Below, one piece after another: positions 1 through 13,300 of a DNA stretch of 64,000 bases. This DNA is from Catajapyx aquilonaris (lineage: Eukaryota). Where the stretch lies: contig KZ537977.1 in NCBI GenBank assembly GCA_000934665.2, positions 1 through 64,000 of the forward strand, in the 5' to 3' direction. A program made the position numbers and the translations under genes. The notes beneath the pieces are model-generated. The model ran no database searches. It was not told where the DNA came from and saw only the letters and a list, made by a program, of their open reading frames with translations. Positions within the stretch are counted from its first letter, which is position 1. Every line of letters starts with the position of its first letter.

Positions 1-737
1 GTTGAAGTTATCATGCTAGATCTACTTTTGACATGCCTGGTGACTCCGTGGGCCTACCATTCTGGGCAGGGGGGGGTCAAAGTCCAGGAGCCCTGGGTTC
101 GCACCCACCCCAACCCAAGGTGATAAATGAGGAACAGAAAGAGTTGACCCCCTGAAGAAGCCACGCCTCTGGGAGGGACAAAGGTTCCCTTCTTGGTTCG
201 GCCTAGTCGCGCCAGAGGGAAACTAATCTCAACACTTCCCTGGTCCATCAGAGGTTCAGTCACGGCAGAGGACTTGTCACATGCTCTCAGTTATTAGCTC
301 TTGGTCACGCTTATTACAAATGGAAATAAAACCATTGGTTGTATATTTTTTTAAATTAATTCTAGTTGTGTATGTGTGTAAGGAAGTACAGCGGAATTCC
401 CTGTCTGTGAAGGGAGTTGCAGAATACCGGTACTTACTGAAAATGTCCATTGTTGGTTTATGTTTCTGCGGTGACAGAAATTTCATGTCATTATCTGGCA
501 ATTTATAATAATGTTTTTTAAGAAAATAAATACAAACATTCGCCTCTCTTCCCAAATCGCTGAAAAAACTACATTATTCAAATTTTGCCGCTTATTACAG
601 ACCACCATCAATAGACTAAGTTTGTTGAAAGATTAATGCAGTCTATTTATCCCAAACAAGTTTGAGAGCATGCAATTTTGTCATTATTTTAAAAAACAAC
701 GTGCGAAAAAGAACATAAAATATTTCCATTTCAACAG

Positions 738-1043
738 CCAATGATGGGCTAGCAACGTAAAATAACGGACGCCATATTTGTACAGGCAACCTCAGGTACC
801 CAAGCAGTTCGCTGGTCCAGTTTGATGTTGGTTTGATGTATACTTATTAATTTACAGCCACTTTTAATTACATATGTTAATTTAAAATGCGACAAGTTTT
901 AAATTTAACTAAGTTTTGTGGGTAGCCAACAGTATGTTGGCACAATGCGACCAATAGGAGCGCTGAGTGTCCCGATCACGTGACCCTTTCGAAAATAACC
1001 GTTTGGAGTCGGTTTGAAGAAACAGAACCGTTCGAATTTCAGT
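738..1043 (+). promoter_or_regulatory. Putative G2/M-type promoter of the CENP-F-like gene (CCAAT, E-box, Myb, CHR, Inr)
   Basis: CCAAT at 738-742 and 951-955, CACGTG 977-982, TTCGAA 988-993 and 1031-1036, TAACCG(TT) 996-1003, CHR TTTGAA 1013-1018, Inr-like TCAGT 1039-1043. The cluster ends about 180 nt before the ATG. Confidence 0.6.
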
Positions 1044-1224
1044 GTGCGGAAGACTCTCTCAGTGTCTCTCTCGTGCGGTCTGGTTTTATCCGTGCCTTTG
1101 GGGGGATCCGCACTAGAATCATTTATTCGTCGTTTTAAGAGGGGTATTCTTGGTGGGGACCGACTGGGGGAGGGACGAGACGCACCCTTCGTGTTCGGGC
1201 GAAGGGGGAAGAAGAAGAAGAAGG

Positions 1225-1386
1225 ATGAGCTGGGTGGCGAGCGAGTGGAGACAAGGGCTGAGCCCGCAGGCCCAGCAGAAGGTGAACGAGATGGAGAAGC
1301 AGCTGGAGAGGCTCCAGAAGGAGAGGGCGCAGAAGCTGGTACACATCCAGACCATCGAGCAGGCCCTCGACAACCAGAGGAGGAAG
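1225..1386 (+). CDS. CENPF: CENP-F-like exon 1 (CENP-F N-terminal domain start)
   Basis: ATG at 1225, MSWVASEWRQGL...DNQRRK, donor AAG|gttagt at 1386/1387. Confidence 0.92.
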
Positions 1387-4300
1387 GTTAGTTTGCATCG
1401 GACATACTACGCTCACAAGGGACATTCACCGCAACAAATTAAGGAAATCAGTACAGAGTGTAGCTCTGGCCTGGCTGTAAAACTGGGACCCTCCTTCTTG
1501 GAAGGCCCTTTTCTTCCCCATCTTCGGCTAAGGGTGGGGGTGTGAAACAAAAGGACCCTTTCCTGGAAACATGATGCCCTGGCTTCTTAGAGGCTAGGGT
1601 CCAGTGGGTCAAGGAGACCCTTTGTCCGAATGTGTGCATTTTGGGTGGGTTTGCGCCCCAACTTGTGAAAGGGCAGGCCAATTAGGTTTGAGAGTAGAGA
1701 GAGAGGTTGTAGTTTGTACTGGGGCCACCCTGGACATGTTAGTTGCTAGTTACATCACAATTATTGTAGAAGTGGAATAATAGAGACGCGTTGGATTGAA
1801 GATAGTGCTGGAGTCATTATCACCCAACCTGTCCATCCCAGGTGTGTCATTGGTCCTACCTCCCCCGCGTACCTGTCCAAGCCTCAGGTAGCGGCTGGGT
1901 ACTACAGTAGTATGAAAATGTCAGCATTGTTTGCTTGACTACAGTGTATTGTGTATGTCTGCAGGGTGAAGAGGAGAAGCAGGAGCAGATTGCACTGAAA
2001 CGGGAGGTTCAGTCGCTGACAGAGGCGTGTGATGAGCTGGAGAGGAAGCGCCAGAAGCTGAACCAGGAAGTGAATGTCAAGGATAATCAGATCTCATGCT
2101 TGCAGGTAATGGTGTGGGACTTTTGTTAGGGGTCAATCTGCCTTGGGGACACTGTGTTGGATGCCAGGTTTTTAGAGCCGACTTGTTAATTGAGTGTATC
2201 TTAATCAGTATGATCCCGAAGTTCTCTCCGTCCTTCAAGGGTGTTGTCACACTAATGGAATTTGCATGAAATGTGATTGCATATCATTGAATTATAAAGT
2301 GTAATGACTATTGCAGTCATTATAGTACCCAGCCAGGGGAGGCGAAGTGACGCTGCGGTAACGTATGCGCCCACGGATGTTAAGGTCCTGGGTTCAATCC
2401 CAGTCTGGGGACACCCCCTTCATCTCGTGCAGTGTTCAGGGTCACCTCTGGCTTTGTCTCGGGGGAGTTCACTAATAATGGCCATAGCAGGACATTGCAC
2501 AGCACCTTGCACATTCCCTCCTGTCATCCTGCCCGTGGGCCCGGGCGTTACGTATAAACGTTCCAATATATGTACGAGACATAAATAAAGGTCCGTGCTA
2601 TATACCTCTGATGATGTCAAGCACCATCTGGATTATTATAGTACCCAGCTACTCAATCACTCAATGATACGCAGTAGCAGTGGGTTCTCACTAACTGGTT
2701 TATTGAACGAACGAGGTGGGCCTGCTTGACTCCCGTCCAGTTTTGGGTTGGGGAGGAAGGAGCATGGATGCTCCTCTCTCTTGGACCTTTTTTTGGGCCT
2801 TTTTCCTTGACGTCCCACACAGCAGGAGGGAAAGAACCAGGTCAGCCCAACCCCCTGTTATGTGGGACTTCGCAAAGGCAGCAATTATGCATGCATTGGC
2901 ACTTGCAGCATGTGGAAAAAAGCAAGGGGTAAATCACTCAATTCCGTTGCACACAGTGCTGTCGCGGCGGTGGTATACGGTGTATACCCAGTCGAGAAAA
3001 TATTAAATGTGAGGCTATACGCGGGTATGTGCTGCGTATACCTTAGACCCAGCTAGGTTCTCAATAAGGCTCATTTCGTTTATTAGCTAAAATAAATATT
3101 TGAAAGAAATTTGACTCAATCTGCAACTTTGGGGGGGGGGGGGAGGGGGAGAGGGAGGGAGAGAAACACTTGAGCTCTTTTCTTTAGGCAAGGGCCCTTT
3201 TGGTGTAGTTGGGAGGGGCCTCCATCCTCCAGATGCATCCCATCTGGAGGAACAATCCTGGGTGCGTCACTGTTCCAGCGCATACCCTGCCGGAATTTTC
3301 CCGCGACAGCAGTGGGTGAACGGAATAAGCTGCCAAGTCCGACAAGTCCGGGTTCGAGTCTGGCTTTGTACAAGTCCGTTGTACGCTCAACTGCTGAGTG
3401 ATTTACACCCCTTGGTAAAAAAATTGAAAAGAATATACAGTGGAACCCTGATTTTTATCTTTGGCTTACGCGGATGATATAATACTGCTTACAGACAACC
3501 CATGTTATATGCAGAGAAATATAAATATGTTAGTTGAATATTTTAGAGAGAACGAGCTACAAATAAACTTAGACAAAACCAAACTTGTTTGCTTCCACAA
3601 GGGTGGAAGAAAACCCGGGAAAATTTTCTTCTGGCAAGATCAAAAAATTAAAAACGAATCATCCTATACATATCTAGGGGTCCCTTTTAAGTGCTCTGGC
3701 AAAATGAACGAGGCAGCGGAATTTTTCAAAAGAAAGGCTATATCCGCAATAAATTCACTCTGACCGGTCTTCATTAAATTGAAACTTAGAGACCTCACGG
3801 TGGCATTGAAACTTTTCAATGCCCACATTGTGCCAGTCCTATTATAGATAGGAATTCCGGGCTGGCTAGCCAATTTGGCCCTACAGCCCCTCCTTTCCCA
3901 TTTATTCAACACATATATTTACAACACAAAACAAGTATAACATCAAAAACGCAGCCCAGTCATCCATCATCAGATCATCCATACATCAGTCAAAAATTGT
4001 TCAATTCAGATAATACTTTGTCCGCCTCTAAACAGAATAGATTAAAACTCTCAGGTATGTCTGTTGCAAATGCTCCCCTGGAACACGGCCATCCCAATCC
4101 CTTTGAGACCGCCGCACAATTTGTACGCATGCCCAATATGGGGACCCCAGCACTTAGCAGAGATACTCCAGGTCCAAACTTACTTCCTAAAGAAGTTTTT
4201 GAACCTACCATGGTCGACAGCAGCATACTTTGTCTATTTAGAAACCGGAGTAATCCCACTTACTTTAAATGTCGCCAGAGCAACACTAAAATTTATACTT

Positions 4301-7300
4301 AATATAGAAACAAACTCAAAAAATGAACTCCTTAAAGCAGCACACTTATACACCACACAAAAAGAATTAAGCCCGAAAAACAAGTTAAATTGGCTGGCAA
4401 GTTGTTCGAAAACCTTCCAACCTCTAGCAGCAAATTGGAAAAAGTCGGCGGATGAGCTCCCAAAGATCCTTGAAACAATTGAACTGGCGCTTAAAAATGA
4501 TTTAATAAACAGACTACAAAAAACTAGTAGATATATAAGCTACAAAGAGGTAAAAGATGAATTCCAGAGAGAAAGCTATTTTAACATAGACCTGCCAATA
4601 TCCCACATTCGGTTGTTAGCGAATTTGCGAAATAACTCCTGCTATATAAAATTAAAACAAAACGAGCAATTTAAAATAGAATCAGAGGAACAATGTGTAT
4701 GGTGCAATTGGCAGGTAAACTGTTCAATTTTTCACATAATCTACGAGTGCCCCTTGTTCATACCTCCAAGACGGAAACACCTGTTTGATATACCTAAATT
4801 TCCACCTGACCAGATCTTGATGCTCTTCACTAATAGTCAAAAACCAGATGTTCATAAATTGTTCTTCTTTTTTCAAAACGTGATCAAAATTGTAAATACA
4901 AATGGGCATTAATGCACACATACCTAATCTGTATGTAATACACATGTGGTTTTGTCCCCCAAAACGAGCCAAAGGCTCGAACACGGGGTAAATTAAATAA
5001 AATAAATAAAATAAAAAGCCCTGATTTTTATCTGACTGTCCCAATGTGGCAATAAATCTGTTGAATGAAATATGCTTAGATAATATGCATAGGTTTGTTT
5101 TGCCTGAGTTAAACTGTAAAGCCAGTACAGTCGAGTGTGTATGTAATAGAGAAATAGGCCTACTTCCATATTTCTTAGAAAACCATAATGTACAGCATTT
5201 TATGTTTTTGTTGTGTTTCATTAAAGTTATCGGATTATCCAACCTTTTTTGTGTTCCAACCATGCCCCGGTCCCGTTGGATTATCGGGGTTCTACTGTAT
5301 TTTCAGAGTACCTTAAATTACAATGTATTTTTAAAGGGTCAGCTAGAGACACTGAAGATCCAAAGGGACCAAGAGTCAATGACGATTAGAAGATTGGAAA
5401 AGGAATTGGCTCATCTTCAAAGTGTTGCTTATGCTTGTTCTGCAACTGTGGCCACCAACACTTCCATACAGGAAGAGCCCACACAGTCGAGGAATAACGA
5501 TGCATTTGATTGCTTGGACACTGTACCAACACTTCTTAATGCAGTTAGTGTCTGATTTTTGAAGTCACACTTCCTCAATTAGTATTTAACATTGTGACTT
5601 ACTTTACAGTCCAAATCACCTCGCAAGACAGAATCACTACCTTTTACGATCCACGAGTCTGCTTCGACAGGTATGTCGGATTTTTTGTAAGAATAGGTTT
5701 TTAAAAGTCCCTAGCCCAGTGGTTGTGAAATGTGTGATTCCATTATTTACGTATCGTATGTGATGTTTGTGGTGCCCAATTATCAATTGCCAGTTAAATT
5801 GTGAGATTAAGAATATGAGAATGTGTCGTTGGTGTGATTTGTGTATTACTGCAGTTCACAAGCTGTATCTTAATTGTGGGTCCAAAAATGCTATGGTCAC
5901 TTGGGATTTTCCACCCATATACAGTATGGGGAAAATACAGCCTTGTGGGGCACACATGACCTTTGAATTGCTCAAGAGTGATTTTGGTGGTGCTTCATTT
6001 GTGCATGAGTAGTCTTTGGGGTTGTCTGCTGAATATGGGTTGATGTGGATCCCAATATGAATCGGGTATCATATGGTTGATGAAAATCTCCTTCCAGGAT
6101 TTGTCATAGAAAGCTGCACCTGTAATCGGCAAATGTTGCTAGAGGCAAGGGACAAACAAATTGCTTACCTGAAAAACTTACTGGAATCCAGTGCCACTGA
6201 GAAGAAGATGGTTGGAGAAACTGGCAAGACAAATGCAAGCATTGACAAGCTTCAGCTGGAGCTAGAAGAGAGAAATGAGAAGGTAAGGACTAGGATGTTG
6301 TTTTATCAGATCACCTCAGCAACAATTTTCCATCTTGTTCCAGATCGCCAATTTTGAGAAGAAGTTAAAACAAGTGACACAAGAGACGGAATGCCAGAGG
6401 CAGAACCACGACTCGATCCGCAAGAGTTTGGAGTTAAAGCTGAAGGACCAGGAGAAGGAGTTCAATGGAACTTTAGTTCACAAGGACCAAGCTCTGGCCG
6501 ATTTTGGTGAGTACATCACATGAGCTCAGCTGGATCAAAACTCAGGAATTTGTATTGCAGATAAGACAGTTGGTGAGCTGACCCAGAAACTGCAGCAGCA
6601 GCAGACCCAGTTCAACCTAATTGAGAATACTTTGAAGGCACAGCTTGGAAAAACTGAGGAAAAGCTCAAGTAAGTAGAGTTCTGAACACTTTTTCTTTAT
6701 TGAAAATGGCCCAAATGCACTACGTATGTATTACTACCAGCACAATATTTCAGCGAGTATTTCAGGCCCTTTCAAGTTATTTTCTTATAGGAAAGTGCCT
6801 GTGCTAATACTGTTCCGATACTACCTATTTTATCATATTCAGGATAAATTTCATTTAACCCAAGACCACTTAAATACACAAGGCTGTAGTGGTCCTATCA
6901 TGAGTTTCGTGGGACATTGTTAAGGCCTGAGTTCTCACCACTTCATCAAAGTGCTCTCATTTGATTATCAAATTGTCTTTGAGCTCCTTTAAGAACTTGT
7001 AAAGAGTTCATGTTTTTTCTTTGCAGAGAGATCGAAAAAGAGCACAATGAGCTGAAGAATGTGTACTCCCAGGAGGTAACAGAACATCGTACTTCAAAAG
7101 AACACACTGATCATCTGGCCCGTAAACTCATGATGGTTCAATTGGAGTGTGATACTGGTACTGCTATGATTTGTACTCTGGAAGCCAAGATTAAGGAGTT
7201 GGAAGCTTCGCAGCAGTCGACTTCGGCAGAGCGTGCACGTTTGGAGGAAGTCACAGCTACCCTGGATGGGAAGCTCTTGGAGCTGGACAGCTTGAAGCAT

Positions 7301-10300
7301 GAGCATGCCCTGCAGATCAAATCATTCCAGGAGCGCCTGGATGAGATTGCTGGCAAAGGAGAAGGGGAAGGTGCTTCTTGGAAGGCCAAGTGTGAGGGTC
7401 TGGAGCATCGCATTGAGGTCCTCCAATCAGAATTGGACCAGGCCAGCACAGAGACAAATGAGGTCTTGGTAAAACTCAAGGTGGAGCGGGATGAACTTCA
7501 GGAAAGAGTGAGCATGATGGAAGACGGTATGAAAGGGAAAGAAATTAACATCCAGCAGATGATTAGTCAACTCAAGACTGATGGAGGCATGATCGAACAA
7601 CTTGAGAAGGACCTGCAGGCTGCTCAAGATCATGCAGCACATTACAAGGAATCCTTAGAGAAGCTCCTAGCAGATGCACAATTGACCCGGGGCTGGGAAA
7701 GTGAGCTAGAGGGTCAGGTCAAGGCTGCGGAAGAACGCCTGGAGGAAGAAAGGCAGAAAGGTGTCAATCTTCAGTCAGTTCTGCAGGTGAAGGAAGTGCA
7801 TTGCATGACGCTTGAATCCAAAGTGTCTTCCATGGACGAGGAACTTCAGATCATTACACAGATGTTAAATGAGAATGAGAACAGTTCTCAGGGGGTCAGG
7901 GACATGTTGAAGCAGACATTACAAACCATGGAACTGAAAGAAAAGGAGATCAGGTGTTTGATAGGAATCAAGAAGGACCTTGAGGCAACAGTAGCCCAGT
8001 TGGAGGAATGCATGGAGTGTCGCAAAAACTTGCTGGATGAGAAGGAAGCAGAGCTCACAGGATTGAATGCCCATATTGAGCACATGGACCATCTGCAAGA
8101 AACCAAGAAGGGCCTTGAGGCAAAAGTAGCCCGGTTGGAGGAGTGCATGGAGTGTCACAAAAACTTGCTGGATGAGAAGGAAGCAGAGCTCACGGGATTG
8201 AATGCCCGTATTGAGCACATGGACCATCTGCAAGAAACCAAGAAAGGCCTTGAGGCAAAAGTAGCCCGGTTGGAGGAGTGTCACAAAAACTTGCTGGATG
8301 AGAAGGAAGCAGAGCTCACAGGATTGAATTCCCGTATTGAGCACATGGACAAGCTGCAAGAAAAGGTGGCTCATATGGAAGAATGCCTTCAAAGCTGTAA
8401 CAATGCTTTGGCTGCAAATGAAGAGGAGCTGGCTGCAAAGGAGAAGGACATAGCTACTCTGAACAGCAGAATAGAGAGCCTGGCTGTGAGACTGGATGGC
8501 ATGCAGACCATGGAAGTTGATTTTCGCCATCTTCAGGAAATGTTTGAGAGTCAGAAGAATGCCTTGGAACAGGACAAGTCTGAAGTCATCCTTGCTAGGG
8601 CACAACTGGTTGAACAAGAGGCTACCATTGCATCATTCAAGGAGCTTGTGGAGACTCGAGATGCTGACATAGAGAGCTTGTCAAAGGCCAAGATAGAACT
8701 GGAGGAAGCAATGCACCGCCTGGAAGACTTCCTTCAGGGACAGACCACATCTGAATCAACTCGGGTTGAGGAACTGACTACCCAGAGAGACAAGTGGAAA
8801 CATGAAGCAGAGGTGTACATTGAAAACAAGACAGTTCTTGAAGCTGAACTGAAACTTGTGAAGGAAGAGCTTGCCAACCTCGAGTTTACCTTATGCCAGA
8901 AAGACTCAACATTGGATTTAGTTACCCAGGAACTCCAGCAGGCAAGGGACCGCCTGAAAGACATCGGAGAGGAGCTGACTGAGGCAAGAGCAACTCAGGA
9001 TGGATACCTTCAGGTATAGAAGCAGTAGCTACTCACCAAATTTGATCATGTGGTCATATTTTATGCGAGTGATAATTAAAGCCTTCTTAAGATGACAATA
9101 GATTAATTCTCTATGGTGATATAATCACCTTTGTTCAACTTCTAATTGAGGAGAAATAGAGCAATAGCATGAATGCACATTTTTGTCCTTTCTTGCATGG
9201 CATAGTTTGAAAGGTTCCTTTTACATTACAACCCAAAAATTGATGTGAAACATGACTTGGTTCAGCTGCAGCAGGAGTTATAGAAACCAGGTTATACATA
9301 TCTGCTTGAGAATTCAGGTGCCAGTGAAGTTTTGCACTAGTTAAAATATAACGTCTAAATTTCCAAACGCATTTACAAGGATTGTTAGGCAATTGGAGAG
9401 AGTTACAATTTTAAAATTAGGGTTCGTGTCCCAGCCTTCGTGCCCAGCCTTCCACCATTGAGGTCTGTGTTCGACCCTTGAGTTGGACTGAGGATTCTCA
9501 TGTGGGAATGGCTTCAATATGTTTGCATGGGTTTTCTGTGGATTCTCCAGGTTCCTCATGCTGTCGGAAATTGAAAGGAAGATACCGTAAGAGGCCACAT
9601 GCCTTTCATGAAGGAACTTGTCTACTGCTGCTCCTACTACCACTGCTAGCAGCTTTAAAATCTTACAGGGCAAAACCAAGTCCCCATGTACAGGGTGGGG
9701 CAAAAGTCATGGGCGGATAAAAATGACGCAGCATGGCATAAGTAAGGAACAATTATATATTTTTTAAATTACACAGAGAAAGATATGCCATTTATGGATC
9801 AAGGTCCAAAAAAGTCACTTCTTGATAACAACACCAGATAGATGTCCACCTTTGCAGGCAACGCATTCCTCCAAGCGCCGGACAAAGCCCTTCACAACGC
9901 TCTCCAGCATGTCCAGGAGATTGTTTCTCACAGCGTGTCTTATCTGATCCTTAAGATCAGCCAATGACTGAGGACCTGTGGCGAACACCAAACTATTCAA
10001 GTACCCCCACAAGAAGTCGGAGGTGGTCAAATCCAGCTACTGAGGCGGCCAAGGAATTTCCCCAAATCTCAAAATGACCCACCCAGGAAACATTTGACTT
10101 TTAATTTGTTTGGTGTTCGCCACACGTCCTCAGTCATTGGCTGATCTTAACGATCAGATAAGACACGCCGTGAGAAACATTCCCCTGGACATGCTGGAGC
10201 TCTTTATGAAGGGTTTCGTCTGGCGCTTGGAGGAATGTGTTTCCCGCAAAGGTGGACATCTATCCAGTGTTGTTTTAAAGAAGTGACTTTTTTGGACCTT

Positions 10301-13300
10301 GATCCAACAATGGCTTTCTCTGTGTAGTGTAATTTTTGAAAAATATAATCGTTCGTTACTTACGCCATGCTGCTTCGTTTTTATCCACCCATGACTTTTG
10401 CCCCACCCTGTAGAAGTCTATCAAAGATCGGTTATGCTGTGGATCAGAGCGAATTTTTGTTTACTTGCTGCATCCAATTATTTCTGTTATGTTACAGTTA
10501 GGAAAAAAGCAATTTGAAAGTTGTCATTCTGCGGAAAATATTCAGAATGTGATTGTTTTAGAATGTATTAGGTATAGTCAATAAGTTCCCATCCCGGCCG
10601 CGGGAGGCCGGCAGGTGACACGGAGACAGGTGCTGCTGTGATTGGCTGTGAGGTACATTAGCAGTCACCAATCTGGCCAAGAGTGAACTCGGTGTGCTGC
10701 GTAATAGCTGCGGTACACAGTCGAAAAATGTCGTTCACCATATCAGGCGCATCCAAGGCAGACGAACGGGCAGTAATTCAGTAACTGTGTGCAGAGGGAG
10801 CGGGACAGAAGGAGATTCATACACGCATGACGGCTGTGTATGGAGACACTTGCGTGACGTACTCGACAGTGAAGGACTGGGTACGCCATTTCCGCAGTGG
10901 TAGACAAGGCACGTCGGACATGGCACTGTCAGGCTGACCTGTTAGCGCCTCCAACGATGCAAGCCTGCTCAGCAATCCTGTCGATGGACAAGCGCCTTGT
11001 CAACCACTGCAGAAATGGCGTACCCAGTCCTTCACTGTTGAGTACGCCACGCAAGTGTCTCCATACACAGCCCTCATGCGTGTAGGAATCTCCTTCGGTC
11101 CCGCTCCCTCTGCACACAGGAACTGAATTACTGCCCGTTCGTCCGCCTTGGACGCGCCTGATATGGTGAACGACATTTTTCGACTGTGTACCGCAGCTAT
11201 TACGCAGCACACCGAGTTCACTCTTGGCCAGGTTGGTGACTGCCAATGTACCTCACAGCCAACCACAGTCTCAGCACCTGTCTCCGTGTCACCTGCCCGC
11301 CTCCCGCGGCCGGGACAGGAACTTATTGACTATACTAATAGATCATATTTATTATATTTAGGAAAGTTTGTGGAAGCTGGCTCCTGTCAATCAGCCTTCA
11401 AAGGATCCTTGCCAGATTGGTTTTGCAATGTACCACAATAATTTTTGTTGCAAGTCTCATAATATTAGATGTGACAGGGAATTTCAGTTTCTAAATTTCT
11501 TATTTCCTGAGTAGTGAAAATTCAGGCTTGAAAGTTGAGAATTTGCAATTTTTTGCATGAAAATGCCCACAGGTTATGCAAGAGTTGTGAGATACATTGT
11601 GCCTATATTTGCCAGTGCATACTGTATAGGTGACTTGTCATTCTGTGCACAAATTAAAATTACTGTCCTTTTATCCTCCTTGGTGATTGAATGGGAGCTC
11701 CCAACTCACCCTGCACCTTGAAATTATGAGTAGCATGCAATTCTGCAAGTCTCTCTCAAATATCATTCCAAACAGCTCATTTTAAAGCAATGTATGGAAT
11801 TTTTCTCTGGACCATTATCGTACTGAAGGTTTACTGATGTCTTGACACAGCTGCTGTCTGAGTCTCCCTCCACCTGTCAACAAACTGTCTGAAGCTATGG
11901 GTAGCATATGAGCCCACAACTGTTCCTATCATTTGGATATCCCAAACAGCCAGTTCTAATATATTTTATGGCACAATTCTCCTTTTAATTTGGGGATAGC
12001 TTCATAGCAGCAGTTTCTGATTGTAATGTTTTATTGTATTGCCTTGTATCCCCACAATTAATACATACAATACATATAGTTTGAGACTGAAGAGAAGTGA
12101 AACTTTCCCTTGGAGGGCTTCATTTTAGAATTAGGTGGCGGATACGAGGTGGTGGGCTGCAGTGCAACTTTTCTTCTCTAATGCAAATGTGGTTGTTGCA
12201 GGAGGAGGCCATGCTCAGAGAGAAAGAGGCAATGTTGAATGAATTATTATTGGCGCAGTCAGAGGCGGTTAAGTCAGCTCTGGAAAGCCATGAATGTTGC
12301 AGCCCAGGACGTCATGGCTCTGGGTCTAACTCAATCATGCAAGAGTGCCTTGCAGCAGCTTCGCAAGAGTCCCCTGTCCCTGCATCTCAAGAATTTCCCA
12401 TGTGTTCATCACAGGAAACTCCTGTGAAGAAGGGTGCGGTTGATCGAGAAGGGTATTACCAAATTGCATATGACAAGTCCATGGACACTCCTCTTTCAAG
12501 CCAGCCTGAGAATGAACACTTTGATGGCAACAGCCATGTTGCACTTCCTCGAGATACCTCATGTGACATCCAGGTTAGTGATTTAAATGACTTTGCATTA
12601 TTTTATTAAATAACTTATTGAATGAGTGTGTGTGCTTGAAAGGTGCCAATTATGCAAGTGGACAATTTCTTGTCACATAATCCTATATTAACATGGTGCT
12701 CTGGAAAAAAATTTGCAAGTGCAATTATTATTTGACTTAGGCCGGGCTGCACCGGCTCCCAGAAAATTTGTCTGGTTGACAAAGAGTCGGGTTACTTTGT
12801 TATTAATTGTTGGCAGCATGGTTGACAACAATGAATAACAAAGTAACCTGGCTCTTTGTTGGCCAGACAAATTTTCAGGGAGCCATTGCAACCGGGCCTT
12901 AATGATTATATCATTATCAAGTCATGGGAAAAGTATCAACATGTGTGGTGTGTGTGTGGTTTGCAAAGCCAGTAATAATAGACTAATAGTAGATGAAGAA
13001 AGAACTTGGTCATGTAAGTAAATTCCAATTTCATTATAATCTTCCACAGGTAGAGATGGAGACAGCTTCTCCTGAAAAGAATGAAGGGCTGGACAACTCA
13101 TCAGAGCCTCTTGCAAAGAGAAGTGCATCACAAGACTTCAACCATACCCTCTCATTTTGGAGCTATCGTGATGATTCTAATGCCTCAGCCGTGTTGGATG
13201 ATGGCACCAATATGGGCACATCCACTCCTGACACTTCCAAGCACATCAACATTCTAACTTCTGACAGATCCTTGGCCAAGGCAGCTATTTTACGCTCAGA

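Larger units (their letters stand above)
3438..5297. mobile_element. Tigger/pogo-like MITE (about 290 bp) split by a LINE insertion
   Basis: TA|CAGTGGAACCCTGAT ... ATCGGGGTTCTACTG|TA: imperfect TIR with TA TSD. The LINE sits just inside the left end. Confidence 0.75.

Noticed and set aside
74..86. DR1-like GGGTCAaAGTCCA upstream of CENP-F
   Set aside because: Isolated and outside the SAMD11 locus; it shows near-matches occur by chance, so only the exact triplet is weighted strongly.
9691..11338. The two fold-backs as halves of one rearranged transposon, or an active transposase gene
   Set aside because: Different TIR sequences, separate TA TSDs, stops, and no complete DDD/E catalytic core.
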